DNA of 64,000 nucleotides from Candidatus Methanomethylophilaceae archaeon. Lineage in GTDB: Archaea; Thermoplasmatota; Thermoplasmata; Methanomassiliicoccales; Methanomethylophilaceae. Positions 9,801 through 19,278 of the stretch are shown here, piece after piece. Position 1 is the first letter of the stretch. The number at the start of each line of letters is the position of its first letter. The notes under the pieces are model-generated. The model ran no database searches. It saw only the letters and a list, made by a program, of their open reading frames with translations, and was not told where the DNA came from. Made by a program: the position numbers and the translations under genes. The stretch is from the NCBI GenBank assembly GCA_050950505.1, contig JBMNHS010000001.1:256001-320000 (forward strand), in the 5' to 3' direction.

Positions 9801-12800
9801 TCAGAACTCTTTTGCCCTCCTGCTTCTGAATACCACGGCTATTATACCTATGATTAATACAGCTGCGATCACAGCAACAATGCCGCTCATTGAGTTTGAA
9901 TCTACGACAAATCCGTTATCAAATTCAAATCCAATTTCTTCGAACAACAAGACATATTCCGAGAAATGTGTAGTTGTGAATTCAACGTACCCCATTCCGT
10001 CTTCCTCGAAATAATAGGCGTCAACGAGCTCTACGTTGTTGTTCAAACCGATGTAATAAACCTTTACCCAGTCTCTATTCTCACCGTCTTTCAGTGTGTA
10101 AGGTACGGTTATCTTGACATTTCCCAGATTGCTTGTGGATTTGGCATTTGTAAGATTTACACTGATTACAAAGGCGTCAGATACCTTTTCCCTCATCCCT
10201 TCATTCAATTCTTCGAGAATGATTTGATCTCTGAATCCAAAATATGTGTCCAAGGAGATGAGTATGTTATCTACGTCATAATCCGGACCGATAATAGCGT
10301 CCAGTGCGTCCGATGGGAAAGATATCGTTCCGTTTTTGAGTATAATATCCACAGTATCGGACTCATCGGCAGACCCGTCAATGTTTGCCCAAAGCTTTTC
10401 AAGATCCTTCTTGGCAACGGCAACAGCCTGCTTGTCCGTTCTGTCGATTGAGGTTGTTGAATCATTTATATTGACGATTTCATACCACAACGCAGTGACT
10501 ACCACGTCACGAGCAGGCATAATCTCCGGTAGATTAGGGAACCATTCGGCGAACGCGAATCCTTCCCTTACAGGATCTTCCGGTTTAACGATAGGCGTTC
10601 CGAAGGTTTGAGTCGTCGGTTCCGGAGGTAGTCCGTCACCGGGATAGAATGCAATCGAGTATTGGTTAACCGTCCATTCAGCGATAACTGATATGTCGCC
10701 TATGGGCATCGTTTCAGGTAACGCGGGACTCCATCCCACAAACGTGTATCCCTCCTTACTCGGATTGGCGGGAGGTGTTACGATCGCTTTGTAATCCAGT
10801 GTTATCGAAGCGACTTCATTTCCTCCGTCGGAGTCGAAGGTTATGGTGTATTGGTTTATCTTCCACGACGCCGTGAGCGTCATATCATTCGCAGGCATTG
10901 TGGGCGGAACTGGAATGTCCCAGCCCATGAATGTGTAACCTTCTTTAGTCGGATCGGCAGGGGGTGTTATAATCGCATTATAATCCAGAGTGATCGATGG
11001 GATTTCATTTCCTCCATTGGAGTTAAAGGCTATAGTGTATTGGATAACGTCCCATTCTGCGGTTATTATGATATCTTCTGTAGGCATTTCTAGAGGAATC
11101 AAAGTATTCCATTTAGAGAAAGTATGACCCGTTTTCGTCGGCGCTATCGGAGGTGTTACGGGAGTCCCATAACGCTGAATAATCGGTTCTACAAATGAGC
11201 CTCCGTCGGTCTCGAATGACATCATATAATGACTTTTCAGAGTTCTGACTTCAACCGTATCGCTTGAATCTGAAGAACCTATGATATTCGTCGCCAAAAT
11301 ATAGAATCCGTATAAGGTGTCTTCTTCCAAATTTGTTATGACGTATTCTGTGTTGTTTGTCGTATCATACTGTACCCATGATGCCTCGTTTCCACCTATT
11401 CTGTACCATACAGCATACGATACGGGATTTCCATTGGCGGACCATTCGAGACGTACTTTATCGTATCCGACAGGAGTAGCGGACAACCCTGTTACTTTGT
11501 CAGGCAGCGATAAGCGGATTAATTCCATGCCGCTCCACATGGATGAGTCAAATCCTGTTACGTCATCGAGATGATATATGGTTGTTTTACCCGAGAACGA
11601 ATTGATTTCGATACCCGGGGCGTTGCCTTCAAATTGTATACCGTTCAACGAAGAGCATCCATAGAACGCGTAATCGCCGATTGTGGATACGGTGGCAGGG
11701 ATGTTTATTTCGGCTAAGGACGAACAACCGCTGAAGCCGAAATCACCTATGCTTGTCACACCGGTGCTCATCGATACAGATGTCAGTAAGGAACATCCGT
11801 GGAAAGCATATTTGTCAATCAGAGAGACACTTTCGGGAATGATGATTTTTTCGTTCTTTCCATTCGGACACTTGATTAACACGTTAATTCCTTCATCGTA
11901 CAGAATTCCGTCTACTGAGGCATAGTTCTGATTTTCGGATTCCACGTTGATATCAGTTAATGACGAACAGCCCTGGAACGCATGTTTGTCGATACTTATC
12001 ACGCTTTCTGGAATGGTTATATTTTTCAGTGATGAACAATTGTGGAATGCGCCATACCCTATGTGGGTAACAGTGTTGGCAATCGAAACATCGGTCAGTG
12101 AAGAACTTCCAAAGAATGAGCAGTCGCCTATACTGATGACGCCGTCGGAGATTGTGACAAAGGCCAGATTGGAGTTATACCATGGCGTTTCGGGTCCATA
12201 TACCGAGTAGTATGATGCCCCCATTCCAGTTTGGCCCTCAGTCAGAGTCAGGGTTATGAGGCTTGTGAAACGCGCGCTAGTCCACATTTTGATGTCAATA
12301 GGAGCTGTCAAAGACGTTACGTTGTAACAGCCATATAATGCATGATCTCCGATTTCCTCAAGACTGTTGGGTAGTATTACATTCTCCAACGAGAAGCAAT
12401 TGTAAAAAGTAAAGTCTCCTAGGGATACAACGCCTTCCGAAACTATGAGAGATGTTAAATTGTAACGGCTTAGATGCCATGGAGTATACTGGTGTATACT
12501 ATACGATGGTCCTATGCCAACGTGTCCGCCTGTCAACACAATCGATTCTATATTTGTACAATCAAAGAACATATATTCCGTTACTTCGACATCTATTGGC
12601 ATCGTCAAAGATTTCAGACTCGTACAGCCATAGAATGCATGATCTCCTATGCCCGTAACACTATTGGGCATCTCTATGCCAGTCAGTGAGGAGCACCCAT
12701 AAAATGCATAGTCTCCTATAGAGTTGATTTCGCCTTCAATGGTGACATCTGTTAAAGACGTGCAATTGGAGAATGTGTACCCTCTTATGGAAGTAACCCC

Positions 12801-15038
12801 TTCAGGTATCGTTATGCTGGTTATACCTGTTGCATAAAACGCATACGATTCTATGTGAATTATTTCTTTCCCAAAGGAAATATATTCAAGAGATGTGCAT
12901 TGGGAAAATGCCGCATAACCGATATGAATGATTTCTTTCCCAAAGGAAATATATTCAAGAGATGTGCATTGGGAAAATGCCTCACTGTCGATGTGAGTAA
13001 CGTTTTCTCCTATAGAGATGTTTTTCAAAGATGTGCATTGGGAAAATGCCGCATAACCGATGTGAGTAACGTTTTCTCCTATAGAGATGTTTTTCAAAGA
13101 TGTGCATTGGGAAAATGCCGCATAACCGATGTGAGTAACGTTTTCTCCTATAGAGATGTTTTTCAAAGATGTGCATTGGGAAAATGCCGCATAACCGATG
13201 TGAGTGATTTCTTTCCCAAAGGAAACATTTTCAAGAGATGTGCATTGGAAAAACGTAGCATGATAGATCTGAGTCACGTTTCCTTCGACAGAAACATCGG
13301 TCAAAGATGTGCATAGACCGAATGCCCCCTCGCCAATGTGAGTAACGTTTTCTCCTATAGAGATGTTTTTCAAAGATGTGCATTGACTGAATGCCCCCTC
13401 GCCAATGTGAGTAACGTTTTCTCCTATAGAGATGTTTTTCAAAGATGTGCATTGATTGAATGCCCCCTCGCCAATGTGAGTTACTCTATCAGGTATTACT
13501 ACACTAACTAACGAGTCGCATTCAGAAAATGTATAGTCGCCGATGGATGTGACACCGTCTGAGATAGTAAGAGACACCAAATTGGAACTACTGTAGTACC
13601 AAGGAGTTACCTTATACGATCCAGAATAATCGGCACCCATCCCCGTCCGACCTTCTGTCAATGTGACCCGCTGTACGTTTGTACAGTTTTTAAACATATT
13701 TTCCGTAATCTGGATATCGATAGGGATGTCCAATGATTTTAAATTCGTACAATTATAGAATGCCTGTTTTCCTATCGACCTTACTCCGTCTGAAATCGTA
13801 AGATATACTGAATGGTTACTCTTATACCAGGGGGTGAATTCATACCCGTAAATGTAAGTGTAGTTGGAGAGCCAATATCTGTCGTAATCGGCCCCCTTCC
13901 CTGTCTGACCTACTGTCAATGTAATCCACTGTACGTTTGTACAGTTTTTAAACATATTTTCCGTAATCTGGATATCGATAGGTATACTCAGGATTGTCAA
14001 ACCTGTACAGCTGTTGAATGCACCGTCGCCAATAGATGTGATGCTATCCGGTATCGTAATTTCCTTTATTCCCGTGCATCCGGAGAATGCAGAGCTGCCG
14101 ATAGATGTGATGCTATCCGGTATCGTAATTTCCTTTATTCCCGTGCATCCGGAGAATGCAGAGCTGCCGATAGATGTGATGCTATCCGGTATCGTAATTT
14201 CCTTTATTCCCGTGCATCCGGAGAATGCAGAGCTGCCGATAGATTTTATTCCGTCTGAAATTGTGATGGATGTTAGAGTAGGCCTACTATGATGCCAGGG
14301 CAAGGCGTACTGATAACCTGCTGATGCCCATAATCCTGTTTTCCCCTCTGTCAATATTACTAATTTAATGTTTTCTGAATCCGGAAACATGGTGCTTGTA
14401 TATTGAATGTCCACGGGAAGCGTCAGTGATTCCACAGCTGTGCATCCAGAGAACGCATAATTGCCGATGGATTTGATTCCGTCCGAAATCGTAATGGAAG
14501 TCAAATTGGATTTGCTATACTGCCAAGGAGTTACAACGTTAGAACTATAGGATGTGCCTATACCTTCCTCCCCCATTGTTAATTTGACTGATTCAATGTT
14601 TGCACAATTATAAAATGAGTCTGAAACCGTTTGTAAATCTACAGGCATATCCAGAGACTTCAGATTTGTGCAACCAGAGAAGGCCTCTTTGCCAATGGAT
14701 CCGACTGTGTTTGGTATGATAATCTCAGTCAGACTTTTGTTATAAAATGCCCGCTCACCTATAGAGGAAACGATTTTGCCACTTATCTTATCGGGGATTG
14801 TTACGTTATTGCTTAATCCTTTGTATTTTGTGATTGTTAAGCTCCCGTCGTCGTTCTCCCTGTATTCAAAATCGCTCAATGGATTCGATGCAGAGGTAAT
14901 CGGAACAATTTCCTGGGAATCGGTTGTAAAATGTTGGGCTCCTTCCTCAACGTCGTTAGTATATTCTTCCAACAGGAAATAAGCAGGAACCGTCAGGACT
15001 ATTGCTAAAGCGATAACTGCATAGACTTTTCTACCCAT
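9801..15038 (-). CDS. large BspA-type LRR surface protein with fibronectin type III domain, InlB-B-like repeats and C-terminal anchor
   Basis: Many 23-aa LRR units, 'PDKVTGLSATPVGYDKVRLEW..ITNLEEDTLYGF' (FN3), four 'YTI.F..G....P..P.KEGYTF.GW' repeats, 'EFTTTHFSEYV', TM tail. Confidence 0.9.
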   Translation of the reverse strand: MGRKVYAVIALAIVLTVPAYFLLEEYTNDVEEGAQHFTTDSQEIVPITSASNPLSDFEYRENDDGSLTITKYKGLSNNVTIPDKISGKIVSSIGERAFYNKSLTEIIIPNTVGSIGKEAFSGCTNLKSLDMPVDLQTVSDSFYNCANIESVKLTMGEEGIGTSYSSNVVTPWQYSKSNLTSITISDGIKSIGNYAFSGCTAVESLTLPVDIQYTSTMFPDSENIKLVILTEGKTGLWASAGYQYALPWHHSRPTLTSITISDGIKSIGSSAFSGCTGIKEITIPDSITSIGSSAFSGCTGIKEITIPDSITSIGSSAFSGCTGIKEITIPDSITSIGDGAFNSCTGLTILSIPIDIQITENMFKNCTNVQWITLTVGQTGKGADYDRYWLSNYTYIYGYEFTPWYKSNHSVYLTISDGVRSIGKQAFYNCTNLKSLDIPIDIQITENMFKNCTNVQRVTLTEGRTGMGADYSGSYKVTPWYYSSSNLVSLTISDGVTSIGDYTFSECDSLVSVVIPDRVTHIGEGAFNQCTSLKNISIGENVTHIGEGAFSQCTSLKNISIGENVTHIGEGAFGLCTSLTDVSVEGNVTQIYHATFFQCTSLENVSFGKEITHIGYAAFSQCTSLKNISIGENVTHIGYAAFSQCTSLKNISIGENVTHIGYAAFSQCTSLKNISIGENVTHIDSEAFSQCTSLEYISFGKEIIHIGYAAFSQCTSLEYISFGKEIIHIESYAFYATGITSITIPEGVTSIRGYTFSNCTSLTDVTIEGEINSIGDYAFYGCSSLTGIEMPNSVTGIGDHAFYGCTSLKSLTMPIDVEVTEYMFFDCTNIESIVLTGGHVGIGPSYSIHQYTPWHLSRYNLTSLIVSEGVVSLGDFTFYNCFSLENVILPNSLEEIGDHALYGCYNVTSLTAPIDIKMWTSARFTSLITLTLTEGQTGMGASYYSVYGPETPWYNSNLAFVTISDGVISIGDCSFFGSSSLTDVSIANTVTHIGYGAFHNCSSLKNITIPESVISIDKHAFQGCSSLTDINVESENQNYASVDGILYDEGINVLIKCPNGKNEKIIIPESVSLIDKYAFHGCSLLTSVSMSTGVTSIGDFGFSGCSSLAEINIPATVSTIGDYAFYGCSSLNGIQFEGNAPGIEINSFSGKTTIYHLDDVTGFDSSMWSGMELIRLSLPDKVTGLSATPVGYDKVRLEWSANGNPVSYAVWYRIGGNEASWVQYDTTNNTEYVITNLEEDTLYGFYILATNIIGSSDSSDTVEVRTLKSHYMMSFETDGGSFVEPIIQRYGTPVTPPIAPTKTGHTFSKWNTLIPLEMPTEDIIITAEWDVIQYTIAFNSNGGNEIPSITLDYNAIITPPADPTKEGYTFMGWDIPVPPTMPANDMTLTASWKINQYTITFDSDGGNEVASITLDYKAIVTPPANPSKEGYTFVGWSPALPETMPIGDISVIAEWTVNQYSIAFYPGDGLPPEPTTQTFGTPIVKPEDPVREGFAFAEWFPNLPEIMPARDVVVTALWYEIVNINDSTTSIDRTDKQAVAVAKKDLEKLWANIDGSADESDTVDIILKNGTISFPSDALDAIIGPDYDVDNILISLDTYFGFRDQIILEELNEGMREKVSDAFVISVNLTNAKSTSNLGNVKITVPYTLKDGENRDWVKVYYIGLNNNVELVDAYYFEEDGMGYVEFTTTHFSEYVLLFEEIGFEFDNGFVVDSNSMSGIVAVIAAVLIIGIIAVVFRSRRAKEF
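12990..13196. repeat. three identical 69-bp tandem repeats (LRR units), within a longer array of variants ~12860-13480
   Basis: Unit gatgtgagtaacgttttctcc...gccgcataacc at 12990, 13059, 13128. Confidence 0.9.
14032..14238. repeat. three identical 69-bp tandem repeats (LRR units)
   Basis: Unit atagatgtgatgctatccgg...gagctgccg at 14032, 14101, 14170. Confidence 0.9.
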
Positions 15039-15129
15039 ATAATCAGCGTTAATTACAACTTTTCAATATAAATAAATGACTTCCAGGCTTAAAAAACAGA
15101 TATTAAAAAGAGAAACCTGCCCAATTTAA

Positions 15130-16535
15130 AAAGTGGTCTGCACATTGAGGTTTATCCAAAAACACAAAAGTACAGACCGTGAGCAACATCTTCGAAGTTG
15201 GTTAAATAGTCAGCGGAAAAGACGCAACGGAATGCACCTTTTGTGCGGAGGATACCGAACGAGGTGCGAAAATGAAAATTGCGGTGGGAGTGGATCTTCA
15301 CTCGAAAATGGCCGTTGCATATGCCGTTTTGGCAAGCAACAGGGAACTGAAAAAGAACGAAAAAGAATTTTTGGATTATTTCAACAAGGAATTTTCCAAT
15401 GTTCCGTCAACACCGGAAAACATGAAACGTTTGGCCGTGGCCCTGCGGGGCCACGAGGCAAACGTTCTCATCGAGAATTCAACGAAGACGCACGAAACAT
15501 ACTGGGTATTGACGAATGCCGGGTGCAAAGTCACCGTGGCATTCGCGGCGGACCTGTACCGGATAACAAAATCCGTGAAGAAAACAGACCGTAACGACGC
15601 CATGGAATTGGCGGCGTACATGCGCAGGCGCATGAACGGCGAAAACGAGTTCGCCGAATGTTATATGCCGTCTCTGGACTGGATGATGAAGCGTGAAATC
15701 TGCCGTGCGGTGTTTTGGGAAAAAAGACATCTGGCCGACGTTAAAAGAAGGGTTCGGGCGCATTTGCTTCTTCACGGAATAAATCTGAGTCAGGAGTATT
15801 CGGATATTTTCTGCAAAAAAGCCGTTGCGGACATGAAGAGAACCAGGGATCCGGTTTTATTTATAGCGATAAACGAGGCAGAATCGATAAAAAAGAGAAC
15901 CGATGATATGAAAAAAATCGTAGAACATTATTTTGCGAACAACCGAATGTGCGAATTAATTTATTCGATTCCGGGTTTCGGTTTGATATCCGCGGCCTAT
16001 CTCACTTCTTTAATCGTGAATATGTCCAGATTCGAGAATTCGTCCAAATTCTCAGCGTATTTCGGTCTGGTTCCGAAAGTCAGGAACTCCGCGGATTCCA
16101 ATCCGCGGTGTTCCACCACTCACCGAGGGGACGAGGATGCCAGACGGTTGCTGTGCCAGTCTGCGATGGTACACATCCGCACCGTCGAAGACTCCGTCGT
16201 AACAAAAATGTATCACTGTCTCCGAGGCAACGGAAAGGCTCACAAAGAAGCTTTGGTTGCCTGTGCAAGAAAGCTCACGACCGTTGTTTGGTCAGTCGTG
16301 AAGAACGACCTTCCGTACACCGACGACGCGGGCCTTCTGGCCCGCGCCGAAGATGTGATAGAGAAGGTAGAGGAGGAAATGGCCGAATAATCGAACCGTT
16401 GCGGAGACTGAAAACGGACAACGGCGGGGAAAGAATCGCAGAACACCATTTGATCGTTTCTTCCGGAAACCGATCGGCAGATAAACTTGCGCAGTACCCC
16501 CTCGTCTTTCGGAGCAGTGTTGATTCTCAATAGAG
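15130..16535 (+). mobile_element. IS110-family insertion sequence (ends approximate)
   Basis: Transposase plus structured non-coding flanks. No terminal inverted repeats or target duplication seen, as expected for IS110. Right end guessed at TTGATTCTCAATAGAG. Confidence 0.7.
15272..16390 (+). CDS. IS110-family transposase (DEDD RuvC-like recombinase)
   Basis: 'VGVDLH', 'LIENST', 'KKTDRNDA' (DEDD); 'SIPGFGLISA', 'AYFGLVPKVRNSA', 'ALVACARKL'; GAGGTG RBS. Confidence 0.95.
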   Translation: MKIAVGVDLHSKMAVAYAVLASNRELKKNEKEFLDYFNKEFSNVPSTPENMKRLAVALRGHEANVLIENSTKTHETYWVLTNAGCKVTVAFAADLYRITKSVKKTDRNDAMELAAYMRRRMNGENEFAECYMPSLDWMMKREICRAVFWEKRHLADVKRRVRAHLLLHGINLSQEYSDIFCKKAVADMKRTRDPVLFIAINEAESIKKRTDDMKKIVEHYFANNRMCELIYSIPGFGLISAAYLTSLIVNMSRFENSSKFSAYFGLVPKVRNSADSNPRCSTTHRGDEDARRLLCQSAMVHIRTVEDSVVTKMYHCLRGNGKAHKEALVACARKLTTVVWSVVKNDLPYTDDAGLLARAEDVIEKVEEEMAE

Positions 16536-16569
16536 TAATCGCGCTTTTTATTTAGAATAATGTAATAAA

Positions 16570-16645
16570 TGGTGGGCCCGCCCAGATTTGAACTGGAGTT
16601 TCATACACCCCAAGCATGGAGGATACCAAGCTACCCTACGGGCCC
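16570..16645 (-). tRNA. tRNA-Pro(GGG), CCA encoded
   Basis: Reverse complement folds as a cloverleaf: GGGCCCG acceptor, anticodon arm CATGC-TTGGGGT-GTATG, TTCAAAT T-loop. Confidence 0.95.
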
Positions 16646-16666
16646 TAATGTGTTTTTGTAAAAGGT

Positions 16667-16861
16667 TTAACCAAGAGGTGCGACCTCACCGATGAGGTCG
16701 GCGTGAGAGACGATCATTCTGCGACAGCAGTATCTTTCGAAACCGAGATCGTCCAAAACGTCTTTGGGGTTCTCTCCACCTTTGCTGACACGGTCTGCGT
16801 AAACGGGATAGGCGCTGCCCACCACTTTTCCGCACGTGAAACATCTCACCGGTATTATCAT
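16667..16861 (-). CDS. rpoN: DNA-directed RNA polymerase subunit N (Rpo10)
   Basis: '[12 protein letters not shown]...RYCCRRM'. Confidence 0.98.
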   Translation of the reverse strand: MIIPVRCFTCGKVVGSAYPVYADRVSKGGENPKDVLDDLGFERYCCRRMIVSHADLIGEVAPLG

Positions 16862-16867
16862 GTTACA

Positions 16868-17275
16868 TCACCTGTAGGACTTCTGCTTTCTTGCACGTGC
16901 ACCCGGACCGAGTTCCTTCTTCGGAAGCTTTCTCCTGGTGTCGTTGATTATCAGAGTTCTGTCATACTCTTTGAACATTGCCTCGAGTTCTTCGTCTTTG
17001 AAGTATTCGACGAGTCCTCTCGCAATCGCGGTTCTCGCGGCTGCGGCCTGTCCCATGACCCCACCGCCGTTGACGGTGACGCTTATGTTGACTTGTTCCG
17101 CCTTGTCGGCGGCCATTCCGAGAGGTTCCAGAATCTTGAGTCTCGCGAGTTCGGGGGAATAAACGTCAAGGGGGACCCTGTTTACGGTCACCTTGCCGTC
17201 ACCCTTCTCGACGACGGCTCTCGCAATCGCAGATTTCCTCTTTCCACTTGTGTTAACGCATTCCATGGAATTCAT
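16868..17275 (-). CDS. rps9: 30S ribosomal protein S9 (uS9)
   Basis: 'GKRKSAIARA', 'GGGVMGQA', 'GPGARARKQKSYR'. Confidence 0.98.
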   Translation of the reverse strand: MNSMECVNTSGKRKSAIARAVVEKGDGKVTVNRVPLDVYSPELARLKILEPLGMAADKAEQVNISVTVNGGGVMGQAAAARTAIARGLVEYFKDEELEAMFKEYDRTLIINDTRRKLPKKELGPGARARKQKSYR

Positions 17276-17697
17276 CTCACATTGGAGCCCAGGTATTTTG
17301 AAACGGCTCCCAGGGTAGTATATTTGCCGACAATCTTCTTCTTCGCCTCCGCGGGCACCTCGACGGTTGCTCCGGAGAACTGTTTGGGCGTGCCCACGAA
17401 AACGTGGAGCCTTCTGTATGCATCCCTTCCGCTGGACTTCTTCCAGGGAATCATGCCCCTGACGGATCTCTTGAACAACAAGTCCGCCCTGCGGGGGTAG
17501 AAGGGACCTTTTCTCTTGGTGGCGTCACCAAGATCGATGCGGTGCTGGAATTTTGCGTTCAGCGCCGCTTTGTCCCCGGTCATTATGAGAGATTCCGAGT
17601 TTATGACGACGATTTCCTCGCCGTCCATGATTCTCTCTGCCACGATGCTTGCGAGCCTGCCGTATACCAGGTCCGTCGCGTCAATAACAGTAACCAT
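17272..17697 (-). CDS. rpl13: 50S ribosomal protein L13 (uL13)
   Basis: 'VIDA..LVYGRLAS', 'GPFYPRRAD', 'VRGMIP'. Confidence 0.97.
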   Translation of the reverse strand: MVTVIDATDLVYGRLASIVAERIMDGEEIVVINSESLIMTGDKAALNAKFQHRIDLGDATKRKGPFYPRRADLLFKRSVRGMIPWKKSSGRDAYRRLHVFVGTPKQFSGATVEVPAEAKKKIVGKYTTLGAVSKYLGSNVR

Positions 17698-17703
17698 ACC
17701 TCA

Positions 17704-18066
17704 TCACCTCATTATCCTGATGTTGGAACCTTTTGGGTTTGAATCCATGAGATCTCTGATGCTCATGGCCTTACCGCCGGACTCCGCAATCGCGACTTTT
17801 GCCTTCTCTGAGAAAGCATAAGCAGCTACGTTCACTTTTTTCGTTATCTTGCCTGCCGCGAGAACTTTTCCGGGTACGACGATGGTCTCCCCGTCCGCAG
17901 CATATCTTTCGATTTTGCTGAGGTTGGTTTCGGCTCGGTTCTTGTTGGGTTTTTCAAGCCGAACCGCTATGTCTCGCCAGAGGGCAGAATCGTTGTCCCT
18001 CGAGGTCGTTTTGAGATCTTGAATCAAAGCGACCAAAGAGGGGTTAGTCTTGAAACTTGCCTTCAT
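17704..18066 (-). CDS. rpl18e: 50S ribosomal protein L18e
   Basis: 'KTNPSL', 'NLSKIERYA', 'VVPGKVL'; start reassigned to ATG 18066; conserved L18e-L13-S9-rpoN order. Confidence 0.97.
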   Translation of the reverse strand: MKASFKTNPSLVALIQDLKTTSRDNDSALWRDIAVRLEKPNKNRAETNLSKIERYAADGETIVVPGKVLAAGKITKKVNVAAYAFSEKAKVAIAESGGKAMSIRDLMDSNPKGSNIRIMR

Positions 18067-18243
18067 ATTTCTGACTCTCCCGACATTGGGTAAATCTGTC
18101 GTATGCTGGTTTTGTTTATAAAACTTACCTGGATTTTCCCTGTTATAATATTGCTTCAAACCCACGGTATGTCCGTACGCCCGACGACGTGTATATCTTC
18201 CGTTATCTTTAATACTGATTGTGTGATAGCAACGTCCGATATC

Positions 18244-19275
18244 ATGATTAGATTCGGACCTGCGGGCATACCGCTATCGTGCAAGGGCCGTACCCTCAAG
18301 GACGGAATCGAGGATGTTCACAACCTCGGACTCACCGCAATGGAGATTCAGATGGTCAGGCCGAACAGTTACGCGAGACCGCCCGAAGAGGAAGAAATCG
18401 GGATGACGATTAAAGATATCCAAGAGGATTTCGTCGTCGAGATTGTCAGGGACGGGATTCCGATGAACGATCCTGAACTTTCCATAGAGGAAGACGACGA
18501 TCTGCTTTATATTTCATCCGCGGTGTCCGACACCTTCGGTTCTCTTTACGAAATCGGAGAAATCGCCAAGAGAATGGATGTCACCGTGTCCATCCACGCA
18601 CCTTACTACATGGATCTGGGAACCGAGGCCCCCCTGGCCGAAATGTGCCTGGAAAGCATCAGACACGCGGCTTTGATTTTGAACGCTTTGGACGGCACCA
18701 CCGTCGTGACGAGTCTGGGGTTGTACGAAAACGAGGACCGCGAAGATGTTGACGCCCGCATTTACGAAAACGTTGTGGATCTGATGGACTGGTGGGCCGA
18801 TGAAGGGATAAAACCCAAACTGGGTATCGAAATAAGCGGGCACCAGGAAACCTTCGGATCTCTGGAACAGATTCTGGATCTGTGCACCGAGTTCGAGAAC
18901 ATCGTTCCGGTGCTGAACTTCCCCCGTCACCACGCACGCACCGACGGGTCTTTGCTCGAAGTCCAGGATTTCATTGACGTCATCGAAACCGTTCAGCCTT
19001 ACAGCGACGGTTCCGTTTATTCCCAGTTCTCCGGCGTGGAACACAGCGACGGCGAAGAAAGGAAACTCACCCCCATCAAGAAAGGGGATCTGAGATTCGA
19101 AACTCTGGCCGACGCGCTGACCGAAATTACGCCGGACATTACCATAATTTCCTGTTCCCCGTTGCTGGAACACGATGCCATGTACATGAGAATCATCGAA
19201 GAAAGGGTTCTCAGCAAGAAGGTCGCCAAGAACCTCAAGGAAATGAGAAAGCAGGCGGCGAAAGCAGAGGAATGA
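18244..19275 (+). CDS. endonuclease IV-like TIM-barrel protein, degenerate, with inserted domain
   Basis: 'IRFGPAGIP', 'SIHAPYY', 'FGSLEQIL', 'SPLLEHDA' match archaeal Nfo; several metal ligands are substituted. Confidence 0.85.
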   Translation: MIRFGPAGIPLSCKGRTLKDGIEDVHNLGLTAMEIQMVRPNSYARPPEEEEIGMTIKDIQEDFVVEIVRDGIPMNDPELSIEEDDDLLYISSAVSDTFGSLYEIGEIAKRMDVTVSIHAPYYMDLGTEAPLAEMCLESIRHAALILNALDGTTVVTSLGLYENEDREDVDARIYENVVDLMDWWADEGIKPKLGIEISGHQETFGSLEQILDLCTEFENIVPVLNFPRHHARTDGSLLEVQDFIDVIETVQPYSDGSVYSQFSGVEHSDGEERKLTPIKKGDLRFETLADALTEITPDITIISCSPLLEHDAMYMRIIEERVLSKKVAKNLKEMRKQAAKAEE

Positions 19276-19278
19276 TAC

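Noticed and set aside
12860-14238. Regular repeats as possible CRISPR array or DGR template/variable repeats
   Set aside because: Units are contiguous 69-bp in-frame LRR codons with no unique spacers; no cas or reverse transcriptase gene in the window.
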